From: an uncultured delta proteobacterium
GTDB lineage: Bacteria > Desulfobacterota > Binatia > HRBIN30 > BPIQ01
DNA length: 14,842 nt
NCBI GenBank assembly: GCA_963761335.1
Contig: CAVXGR010000029.1
Location: forward strand, 1-14,842
Direction: 5' to 3'
Each line of letters opens with the position of its first letter. Position 1 is the first letter of the stretch. The notes under the pieces were generated by a model that saw nothing but the letters and a program-made list of their open reading frames with translations, had not been told where the DNA came from and did not search any database. This document shows, in pieces, positions 1 through 7,716 of this stretch. Both the position numbers and the translations under genes were made by a program.

Positions 1-23
1 GTGGTCGGGGAGATGCCGGCCCG

Positions 24-1613
24 TCAGTGGCTGTCCGGACGACGTCGGAGGAGGTGCAGGATCTTACCCGATGCCCCGACCGTGGGTGGGGTGCGATCGA
101 CGCGGATGAGATCGGCGCGTCTCCAGACGGCGCCCAGGACCCGGTCGAAAGACGAGCTGGCTTCGAGGGCGTCGAGAAAGGTTCGGATCACTTCTGCCTC
201 GTCGAGTCGGCCGACTCTGGGATGGATGAGCAGCCGCAGCCGCGGCAGGCCGGTCTCCGCCTCTTCCTCGGCGAGCTGATAGTCGCTCAAGGTACCGCCG
301 AAGCGCGCCGGCAGTACGGATTCGAGAAGGCGCGCGACATCCACGTCGAGAAACGTCATGCCCGCTCCGGTGAGCTTCTCGAAGCTCCGGATGGTGTGCA
401 GATGCGTACCCCATCCGATGCCAGCCAGCGGACATCCGCACTCCCGCAGCCCGAGCACTGCCTCGTCACCCATGCAGACGTTGAGCAGAATGAACGGCGC
501 CGTCCGCCGCAGGGAGGAGAGATAGAGCGCCCCGCGCGGTAGGTCTGCCGAGGCGTTATCGTCGACTTGAATCACGGCATGCAAGTCGGTGAGCAGATGC
601 ACCTCGTCGAATGCGGAAGTCTCGGGATGCAGGCAGCCGAGGCCGAGGGGTCCCGTTTCGACGGTTCCGAAGCGGGCGACTGCGGAAGCTCCACTCGACC
701 GAATGGTTTCGATACGGGTGGGGGTTACCGCCTCACCCGAAACCGTGAGCTGTGCGCCGGCGATGTCCACGCCGGCGTCGCGCGCGGCCTCGCAGAGGCG
801 CACCGCCGAGCTGGGGTAGGTGAGGAGATGGGGAACCTTGCCCTGTTGCAGCACGCCGCGCATCCAGAGCGCGATCGGCAGCGGGTCATCGGGTGGCACG
901 TACTCCGGATGCGGAAGCGGCATGGCCGCCAAGCGGCTCACCCACGCCATTGCCTCCGCCGACCAGCGGTAGCGCGGATGCAGCTCGGATGTCCGTGGAT
1001 CGACCTGCGAGAACCAGCGTGCCGAGGGGGCTCCAAAGGCGCTGAACTGCAGGATGCTCATCATGGCACCGCTGCCGAGGGATGCCCAGTGTGCCTTGAT
1101 CCAGTCGCTGCCGCCGCGTGTGTCGAGCATGAGGCAGCTGTTGACCGCACATTCGCGCACGTAGGCCAGATCGATCGGCACGGGCGTGCGGCGGCCGCCG
1201 CTGCCGGAGGTCTGTACCGGGAGGGGCGCTCTGGCGCATGGGTTGCGAAAGTGGGACGGGTCGAACGCGAAGCTGGCGCTGCCACGCACCGCTGGCGTGC
1301 GCCCCTTGAACTCGTGGACGTTCACGTAGACCCCCTGACGGCACAGGATCCGGAGCGTCTCCTCGAGCCCCTCCTTGCCGACCAGGCGATCGAGATCCCC
1401 GTACTCGCATCCGGCGTGGCCAAGAAGCGCCTTGTAGGGGCTCGAAGACCGCTCGTAGATGAGCTCGCGCGCGATGGCGAGAAAATCCTGCGAACGCTGT
1501 TCGAGCCGCGCCTCGACCACCACCCGGGCTTCGGCGGGATCCAGTCGTTGGCGCAGGAAGGCCGGCAGCTGCGCCAGGAACCGCGCCCCGGCGGCGATCT
1601 CGTCAAGCAACAT
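24..1613 (-). CDS. Adenylate-forming (ANL superfamily; PaaK/CapK/GH3-like) ligase-like protein of unknown substrate, 529 aa
   Basis: Long ORF with ANL-type motifs in the expected order: P-loop QTSGSGG, GEAV, RFGTVETG (YGxxE-like), CMGD (TGD-like) and terminal SGKILH (catalytic Lys motif). It has an extra N-terminal extension of about 130 aa. Confidence 0.75.
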   Translation of the reverse strand: MLLDEIAAGARFLAQLPAFLRQRLDPAEARVVVEARLEQRSQDFLAIARELIYERSSSPYKALLGHAGCEYGDLDRLVGKEGLEETLRILCRQGVYVNVHEFKGRTPAVRGSASFAFDPSHFRNPCARAPLPVQTSGSGGRRTPVPIDLAYVRECAVNSCLMLDTRGGSDWIKAHWASLGSGAMMSILQFSAFGAPSARWFSQVDPRTSELHPRYRWSAEAMAWVSRLAAMPLPHPEYVPPDDPLPIALWMRGVLQQGKVPHLLTYPSSAVRLCEAARDAGVDIAGAQLTVSGEAVTPTRIETIRSSGASAVARFGTVETGPLGLGCLHPETSAFDEVHLLTDLHAVIQVDDNASADLPRGALYLSSLRRTAPFILLNVCMGDEAVLGLRECGCPLAGIGWGTHLHTIRSFEKLTGAGMTFLDVDVARLLESVLPARFGGTLSDYQLAEEEAETGLPRLRLLIHPRVGRLDEAEVIRTFLDALEASSSFDRVLGAVWRRADLIRVDRTPPTVGASGKILHLLRRRPDSH

Positions 1614-1889
1614 CCGGCAAGCCCCGGGGCGATCTAATCACATCGCTCGCCTACCATCACTCTCGAGGCGCCGGTGGCGATGCCGGCAAGATCTGATCCG
1701 GTGCGCCCGTCACGGGCAAGGCTCCGGCGTCGGTGCCGGGAACGGCGGGGATCACCGACTTCGACTTGAGGTGACGGGCGGTCCCCATCATCGTCGGCGT
1801 TCGTCGCCTGCCGCGACGCGGATCGCGCAATCTTGATGGAACAGGGAGCTTGCCGTACTTCTTGGGGGCGCGCGATGAGGTGACACGCA

Positions 1890-3077
1890 ATGCCGAGCAC
1901 GAATCAGAAGCATGGATCCAGCCGACTCAGCGAGCACACCGATCTTCTCATCATCGGGGCAGGACCGTTCGGCCTTGCCATGGCCGCCCATGCCCAGCAG
2001 CTCGGCGTCGAGCACGTCGTGATCGGTCAGCCGATGTCCTTCTGGAAGAACCACATGCCGGCCGGAATGCTGCTCCGCTCCGGCTGCGACTGGCATCTGG
2101 ACCCGGCCGAGCGCGACACCCTGGAGCACTTTCTCGAAACCCGCGGCGCCACGCCTGCCGCCGCCGAGCCACTCTCCCTCGACCTCTATATGGAGTACGC
2201 GGAGTGGTTCCAGCAGGTGAAGGGCATCCGGACGCGGCCGCAGCGGGTGACGCGGCTCGACCGCAGCGACGGTCGTTTTCGGGCGACGCTCGACGACGCC
2301 ACCGTACTGACGGCAGACCGCGTCCTGCTCGCCTTGGGCTTCGCTCCGTTCGCCCACACTCCCGAGGAGCTGGCGGCACTGGTGCCGGCCGGCTACAGCT
2401 CGCACAGCTGCGACTGTGTGGCTCCCGCCCGCTTCGCCGGGCAGCGCCTTCTCATTGTCGGAGGACGGCAGAGCGCCTTTGAGCTCGCGGCGCTGATCGC
2501 GGAGGCCGGGGCAGAGGCCGTCCACGTGTGCCATCGGCACGCCACGCCCGCTTTTGCCGCCTCGGACTGGTCGTGGGTGGCGCCGCTGCTTCGCCGCATC
2601 GCCGGCGAGCCCGGCTGGTATCGCGCCTTGCCGGAGGCCGAGCGCGAGTCGTTGAACGCGCGCTTCTGGGCGGAGGGACGCCTGAAGTTGGAGCCTTGGC
2701 TGGGACCGCGGGTCCGTCACCAGGCAATCACCATCCGTCCCGGAACACGTATCGCAGGATGCGAGCGAAGAGGAGACGCGTTGCGGGTCCACCTCGACGA
2801 CGGCGGGGAGGTCGATATCGATCACGTGCTCTATGCAACCGGGTACAAGGTCAATTTTCCGAGCGTGCCGCTGCTGGCGGCTGGGAATCTGCTCGATCGA
2901 GTTCAGTGCCGCGACGGCTTCCCCGTGCTCGACGACTCCCTGCAGACGACCGTTCCCGGCCTGTTCGTTACCAGTCTGCCGGCAGCCCGCGACTTCGGTC
3001 TCTTCTTCGCATTCACCGCCGCAGTGCGCGCCTCCGCGAGCCTCATCGGCCGCGCGCCGGCGTCGACCGGACGCTAG
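1890..3077 (+). CDS. FAD/NAD(P)-dependent oxidoreductase (class B flavoprotein monooxygenase / thioredoxin-reductase-like fold), 395 aa
   Basis: N-terminal FAD motif LIIGAGPFG, FWKNHMPAGMLLRS, second dinucleotide motif IVGGRQSAFE, ATGY and TTVPGLF. RBS GAGGTGA lies about 6 nt upstream of ATG 1890. Confidence 0.85.
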   Translation: MPSTNQKHGSSRLSEHTDLLIIGAGPFGLAMAAHAQQLGVEHVVIGQPMSFWKNHMPAGMLLRSGCDWHLDPAERDTLEHFLETRGATPAAAEPLSLDLYMEYAEWFQQVKGIRTRPQRVTRLDRSDGRFRATLDDATVLTADRVLLALGFAPFAHTPEELAALVPAGYSSHSCDCVAPARFAGQRLLIVGGRQSAFELAALIAEAGAEAVHVCHRHATPAFAASDWSWVAPLLRRIAGEPGWYRALPEAERESLNARFWAEGRLKLEPWLGPRVRHQAITIRPGTRIAGCERRGDALRVHLDDGGEVDIDHVLYATGYKVNFPSVPLLAAGNLLDRVQCRDGFPVLDDSLQTTVPGLFVTSLPAARDFGLFFAFTAAVRASASLIGRAPASTGR

Positions 3078-3160
3078 AGGAAGTCGCTGAGGTCTGTCTG
3101 TTACAGACGCGATTCTGTCGTCGAAATGATCACTCTATGCCTGGCGCCGCCGCGAGAGGA

Positions 3161-3607
3161 TCACGCCGCGACTTCGAATGTCCCCATGGCCTCGGCGGCG
3201 GCTCGCATTCGGGTATCGAAGGTGATCAACGCGTGGGCTTCGTAGCCGGCCGCGAGGGCGAGGTGGAGGGCGTCCGCGGCGCGCAGCGCAATGCGCCGGC
3301 CGAGGCTGAGAAGGAGGCGCTCGGCACCGCGGTGAATGCTCGCGGTGAGCTCGGCACGGCGAAACTCGCCGGCAGCACAGTCTCGCAACAGGCGCTGGTA
3401 GAGTCGTTGGGCATGTCCAGCGGAGAGGTCGCCTTCCCTTGCTCGCCGGGCGATCGTCGAGCACAGCTCGGTGACTGCCAGTTCGGAAACGATGAGATCA
3501 CGGCGACCGACGATTGCCGCCTCGAGCGTCGCGCTGCCCGACTCGGCGACGTAGAGCTTTGCCAGCGCGCTGGTGTCCAGATAGACCGGGCTAGAGGCGA
3601 TCTGCAC
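3161..3607 (-). CDS. vapC: VapC-family PIN-domain toxin, 148 aa
   Basis: YLDTSAL, VTELCS, LRAADALHLALA and LITFD supply the acidic PIN residues. The start overlaps the upstream antitoxin by 17 nt. Confidence 0.9.
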   Translation of the reverse strand: MQIASSPVYLDTSALAKLYVAESGSATLEAAIVGRRDLIVSELAVTELCSTIARRAREGDLSAGHAQRLYQRLLRDCAAGEFRRAELTASIHRGAERLLLSLGRRIALRAADALHLALAAGYEAHALITFDTRMRAAAEAMGTFEVAA

Positions 3608-3827
3608 GTTCCTCGCTCGCGGTTTCCGAAAGCGGTCGTCCCTTCAGCCGGATGCCGGCGCGGAACCGACGGTGGCTGGAGAAAGGACGCTTCGATTCCT
3701 GTGATGGGGGAACGATGCGAGCCACCGGACGACCTCGGTCCGTGATCAACACCTCGCGGCCCTTGCGAACTTCGTCCAGCAACAGGGACAGATTCTGCCG
3801 CGCCTCGCGGATTCCCGCCGTCTTCAT
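3591..3827 (-). CDS. Phd/YefM-family antitoxin, 78 aa
   Basis: MKTAGIREARQNLSLLLDEVRKGREVLITDRGRPVARIVP is the classical Phd/YefM N-terminal DNA-binding domain. It lies directly upstream of the PIN toxin. Confidence 0.92.
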   Translation of the reverse strand: MKTAGIREARQNLSLLLDEVRKGREVLITDRGRPVARIVPPSQESKRPFSSHRRFRAGIRLKGRPLSETASEERADRL

Positions 3828-3833
3828 GACGCC

Positions 3834-3864
3834 CAGTGTGCTACAAGTAGCACATTGCCGTCAA
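3834..3864 (-). promoter_or_regulatory. TA promoter (TTGACG-N18-CACACT) with operator palindrome TGTGCTAC-AA-GTAGCACA
   Basis: Perfect 8-bp inverted repeat at 3837-3844/3847-3854, extendable to 3834-3857. It lies between a -35 (3864-3859) and a -10-like hexamer (3840-3835), which ends 7 nt before the antitoxin ATG. No Shine-Dalgarno sequence is visible. Confidence 0.75.
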
Positions 3865-4055
3865 GGCCCGCTTGGCGTTGCCGCCGCGGCGAGATGCTAC
3901 CAGGTGACCGAGGGACTCGGTCGACAGCGGCGGCCTTGCGCCAGGAAGGTCAATTGCCGCGGCGTTTTTCCTTTGACCGGCGGAGAGGCGCTGGTCTATG
4001 CATCCCGCAGGGGCCGGCATGTAGGCCGTGCAAATGACCAAGGAAGCAACAGGGC

Positions 4056-4487
4056 ATGAGCGATAACGCCGACGCAGATGGACGCCGGTCCCTTGCGATT
4101 GCCCGAGCACTTCTCGGGGCTTCGGCTCTCGGGGTGATCGCGTATTCGGCGGCGTACATAGGTGGTCTGCGCCTCAGCGAAGGCGTGCCTGAGTGCGGAC
4201 GCCAGCTTCAAGTTGCCCAGCTTCCTTCCAGCTTGTGGACGGCCACTGCGGCGGGGCTCGGTGCGTTCGGCATTGGTCGCAAGCGTAGGTGGGGGTTATT
4301 GATGGCAATGGCCGCTGCGAGTGCGGCTCTCTACATTGGCCTGCTGGACATCACCTTCGACGTGCGCAACGACGTCTATCGGATGCCGTGGCGTGATCTT
4401 GCACCCGAGCTCTTCGCCAACGCCCTCTGCACTCTTCTCCCCCTCTACGTGATCTTCGCGGTGCTGCGCGCTCCCGCCTGGGAATAG
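4056..4487 (+). CDS. Hypothetical integral membrane protein (about 4 TM segments), 143 aa
   Basis: Four hydrophobic stretches with a basic loop GRKRRWGLL. It fills the gap between the TA promoter and the acyl-CoA dehydrogenase promoter. I recognise no catalytic motif. Confidence 0.7.
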   Translation: MSDNADADGRRSLAIARALLGASALGVIAYSAAYIGGLRLSEGVPECGRQLQVAQLPSSLWTATAAGLGAFGIGRKRRWGLLMAMAAASAALYIGLLDITFDVRNDVYRMPWRDLAPELFANALCTLLPLYVIFAVLRAPAWE

Positions 4488-4558
4488 AGCCGCGGGCGAT
4501 CGGTCGGGAGCGCGCTGCCGCACTCCGAGCCTGTCTCCCTTTTCGCCGCCTCCCTCCC

Positions 4559-4587
4559 TTGACAAACGAACGTTTGTTCGACGGAAT
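4559..4587 (+). promoter_or_regulatory. Sigma70-type promoter (TTGACA) overlapped by a TetR-like operator palindrome ACAAACG-AA-CGTTTGT
   Basis: Perfect -35 TTGACA at 4559-4564. A 7-bp perfect inverted repeat at 4562-4568/4571-4577 forms an AT-rich patch in GC-rich DNA, about 60 nt before the acyl-CoA dehydrogenase start. The -10 (CGGAAT at 17-nt spacing) is weak. Confidence 0.65.
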
Positions 4588-4638
4588 GACGGCTTCTGCG
4601 CCGCGTCCTGCGGAGCCGACGAGAGAGGGATCGCGCCG

Positions 4639-5823
4639 ATGGATTTTTCCTTTTCCGAGAAGGAGTTGGCCTTTGCCGAGGAGGCACGGGCGTGGCTCGA
4701 GACGAACGTGCCGCCGGAGTGGCGGCGCGATCACTGCTGGTCGCGCGCCGAGGACCCGCTGTGGCTGGAGATCGCCCGCGAGTGGCAGCGGCGGCTCTTC
4801 GAGGGCGGCTGGGCGGCGATCTCGTGGACGCGCGAGAACGGCGGCCGCGGCGCCACCGTGATCGAGCGCTGGCTCTTCGAGGAGCAGCTCGACCGCATCG
4901 GCGCGCCGCGCCCGATCGCCAGCAGCGGCGCCGTCGACCTGATCGGCTCGGCGATCCTGCACCACGGCACCGACGAGCAGCGGCAGCTCTTCCTGCGGCC
5001 GCTGCTCTCCGGCGGCGACCTCTGGTGCCAGGGCTTCTCCGAGCCCGGCGCCGGCTCCGACCTCGCCTCGCTGCGCACCCGCGCCGAGCGCGACGGCGAC
5101 GTCTTCGTGGTCAACGGCCAGAAGGTGTGGACCAGCCACGCCGACATCGCCGACCGGTGCTTTCTCCTCTGCCGCACCGAGCTGGAGGCGCCCAAGCACA
5201 AGGGGCTCAGCCTCCTCCTCGTCGACATGCGCGATCCCGGCATCAGCGTGCGGCCGCTCAAACAGATGACCGGCGACGCCGAGTTCTGCGAGGTCTTCTT
5301 CGAGAACGTCCGCGTGCCCGCCGACCGCCTGGTGGGCACCGCCGGCAGCGGCTGGCAGGTGGCCATGGGCATCCTGGCGCACGAGCGCGGCCCGGTGTGG
5401 ACCTTCACCTTTCAGCGGCGTATCCGCCGCAGCCTCGAGCGCCTCGTGCGCCTGCGGCGCGACGGCGCCGCGAGGCTCGCCGACCCGCTTGCCCGCCAGG
5501 GGCTGGCGCAGGCCTTCATCGAGGTCGAGCTCCTGCGCCTGGTCGGATATCGCAGCCTGACGCGTCTGCTGCGCAGCGGACAGCCGGGCGTCGAGAGCTC
5601 GATCGAGAAGGTGCTCGGCAGCGAGACCGATCAGCGCCTGCAGCGGCTGGCGATGGAGATCCTCGGGCCCGTCGGCACCGTCTACGAGGGCGCCCGCGCC
5701 CCGGAGGGCGGACTGATCGGCCGCGAGTTCCTCTACGCGCCTTCGGAGACGATCATGGGCGGCACCTCGGAGATCCAGCGCAACCTGATCGCACAGCGGA
5801 TCCTCGGGCTGCCGCGGCAGTGA
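4639..5823 (+). CDS. Acyl-CoA dehydrogenase family protein, 394 aa
   Basis: WCQGFSEPGAGSDLASLRTRA, NGQKVWTS, FCEVFFENVRVP, LAHERG and TIMGGTSEIQRNLIA. RBS GAGAGGGA. Confidence 0.95.
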   Translation: MDFSFSEKELAFAEEARAWLETNVPPEWRRDHCWSRAEDPLWLEIAREWQRRLFEGGWAAISWTRENGGRGATVIERWLFEEQLDRIGAPRPIASSGAVDLIGSAILHHGTDEQRQLFLRPLLSGGDLWCQGFSEPGAGSDLASLRTRAERDGDVFVVNGQKVWTSHADIADRCFLLCRTELEAPKHKGLSLLLVDMRDPGISVRPLKQMTGDAEFCEVFFENVRVPADRLVGTAGSGWQVAMGILAHERGPVWTFTFQRRIRRSLERLVRLRRDGAARLADPLARQGLAQAFIEVELLRLVGYRSLTRLLRSGQPGVESSIEKVLGSETDQRLQRLAMEILGPVGTVYEGARAPEGGLIGREFLYAPSETIMGGTSEIQRNLIAQRILGLPRQ

Positions 5824-5835
5824 GGAGACCTTCTG

Positions 5836-7386
5836 ATGTCGGAATACGGCTTCTGGAACCTGGCGCAGCGCGACGGTGAGCGCCTGGCGCTGGTGACTCC
5901 CAATGAGAGAGAGATCTCCGCGGGCGAGCTCCTGGCCAGCGCCAATCAGCTGGTGCACGGCCTGCGCGCCCGCGGCCTGCGCTCCGGGGACTGCATCGCC
6001 GCCGTGCTTCCCAACGGCGCCGCGATGATCGAGCTCTATCTGGCAGCGGCGCAGGCCGGCTGGTACCTGACGCCGATCAATCATCACCTGACCGCAGCCG
6101 AGATCGCCTACATCGTGCGCGACTCCGAGGCCAAGGCGTTCGTCGGCGCCGAGCGCTTTGCCGCCGCCTGTACCGGCGCCGCCGAGGAGATCGGCTTGCC
6201 GGCCGAGGCGCGTTTCGCGGTTGGCACTGTTTCCGGCTTCCAGTCTTTCGATTCGCTGAAAGAGGGACAGCCCTCGTCACTGCCGGCGGAGCGCAGCGCC
6301 GGCCAGGTGATGAACTACACCTCGGGAACCACCGGCCGTCCGAAAGGGGTGCGCCGGCCGCTGGTCCCCTTCGACCCCGACATGGTCTTCTCCATGTACG
6401 CCATGTTCCTGGCGATGTTTGGCGTCCCGCCGGGCGGCGACGAGGTGCATCTGACCGGCTCGCCGCTGTACCACACCGCGGTGCTCATGTTCACCGCCTC
6501 GGCGCTGCACTACGGCCACACGGTGGTGCTGATGGACAAGTGGACGCCGGAGACCTGCCTGGAGAAGATCCAGAAGTATCGGGTGACCACCAGCCACATG
6601 GTGCCGACGCAGTTCCACCGGTTGCTGGCGCTGCCGGAAGAGGTGAAGGCGCGCTACGACGTCTCCTCGCTGCGCCACATGATCCACGCCGCGGCGCCCT
6701 GTCCGGTCGACGTGAAGCGCCGCATGCTCGAGTGGTGGGGGCCGGTGATCTACGAGTACTATGCCGCCAGTGAGGGCGGCGGCACGCTGGTGACCCCCGA
6801 GGAGTGGCTCCGCTACCCGGGGACCGTCGGCCGCGCCTGGCCGGGTGCCGAGATCCGCGTCCTCGACGACGAGGGCAAGGACGTTCCCACGGGGAAGATC
6901 GGCACGGTGTACATGGCGCTCGGGCAGGCGGACTTCGAGTATCACCGCGACAAGGAGAAGACCGAGGCCAACCGCCGCGAGGGCTTCTTCACCGTCGGCG
7001 ACGTCGGCTATCTCAACGAGGAGGGCTACCTGTTCCTCTGCGACCGCAAGACCGACATGATCATTTCCGGCGGTGTCAACATCTACCCGGCGGAGGTGGA
7101 GTCGGTCCTGCTCACGCATCCCAAGGTCGCCGACGCCGCCGTCTTCGGCATTCCGCACGAGGACTGGGGTGAGGAGGTGAAGGCGGTGATCGAGCCGGCC
7201 GCCGGCGTCGAGCCCGGGCCGGCGCTGGCCGACGAGATCCTCGCCTTCTGCGCCGCGAACGCCGCCAAGTACAAGTGCCCGCGCTCGATCGACTTCATCG
7301 AGGTCATGCCGCGCGATCCCAACGGCAAGCTCTACAAGCGCAAGCTGCGCGACCCCTACTGGAAGGGCCGCCAGCGGGCGATCTGA
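5836..7386 (+). CDS. Acyl-CoA synthetase / fatty-acid-CoA ligase (AMP-forming), 516 aa
   Basis: YTSGTTGRPKG, YYAASEGG, TVGDVG, DRKTDMIISGGVNIYPAEVE and NGKLYK. RBS GAGGAG; starts 12 nt after the dehydrogenase stop. Confidence 0.95.
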   Translation: MSEYGFWNLAQRDGERLALVTPNEREISAGELLASANQLVHGLRARGLRSGDCIAAVLPNGAAMIELYLAAAQAGWYLTPINHHLTAAEIAYIVRDSEAKAFVGAERFAAACTGAAEEIGLPAEARFAVGTVSGFQSFDSLKEGQPSSLPAERSAGQVMNYTSGTTGRPKGVRRPLVPFDPDMVFSMYAMFLAMFGVPPGGDEVHLTGSPLYHTAVLMFTASALHYGHTVVLMDKWTPETCLEKIQKYRVTTSHMVPTQFHRLLALPEEVKARYDVSSLRHMIHAAAPCPVDVKRRMLEWWGPVIYEYYAASEGGGTLVTPEEWLRYPGTVGRAWPGAEIRVLDDEGKDVPTGKIGTVYMALGQADFEYHRDKEKTEANRREGFFTVGDVGYLNEEGYLFLCDRKTDMIISGGVNIYPAEVESVLLTHPKVADAAVFGIPHEDWGEEVKAVIEPAAGVEPGPALADEILAFCAANAAKYKCPRSIDFIEVMPRDPNGKLYKRKLRDPYWKGRQRAI

Positions 7387-7388
7387 GT

Positions 7389-7649
7389 GAGGCGAGGAGG
7401 TGAACCGCAGAGCCGCAGAGGACGCGGAGGAGGGAAACCGCAGAGGCGGCGAGAACGCCGAGAAGGACGCCGAGAGAGGAAGAGGGGAGAGGCTACTCCC
7501 GGGCTTGCGACCGGTTCGCGCTGGTCCATTTGGCCGGGGAGTAGCCTCTCCCCTCTTCCTCTTGGCGCTCTTCTCTTGGCGTCCTTTGCGCCTTGGCGGC
7601 TCGCTCTCCTCTGCGCTCTCTGCGGCTCTGCGGTTCACCTCTCCGCCTC
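7389..7649. repeat. About 260-bp nested inverted-repeat (foldback) element
   Basis: Perfect 24-bp outer arms at 7397-7420/7618-7641 and perfect 26-bp inner arms at 7475-7500/7537-7562. Imperfect middle arms are built from CGCAGAGnn-like units. Confidence 0.9.
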
Positions 7650-7716
7650 TATACTTTACGTGCGGGGACAGGCTAGAAATGAGGCTGACCGCAATTAGCC
7701 CAATCGGAGGATGCCA

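Noticed and set aside
1745..1795. Resemblance to a fluoride riboswitch (GATGGGG...TGATCCCC, minus strand) or a cobalamin riboswitch (GGGAA...CGGTCCCC, plus strand)
   Set aside because: The fluoride P1 pairing and the cobalamin B12-box and conserved core are missing, and the adjacent genes do not fit.
1657..1890. 77-aa ORF containing KKYGKLP as a lasso-peptide precursor
   Set aside because: It lacks a proper YxxPxL...T leader and an RBS, and no lasso cyclase, peptidase or RRE is present in the window.
3895..3908. Second TA operator at TGCTAC-CA-GGTGAC
   Set aside because: Only a 6-bp half-site matches.
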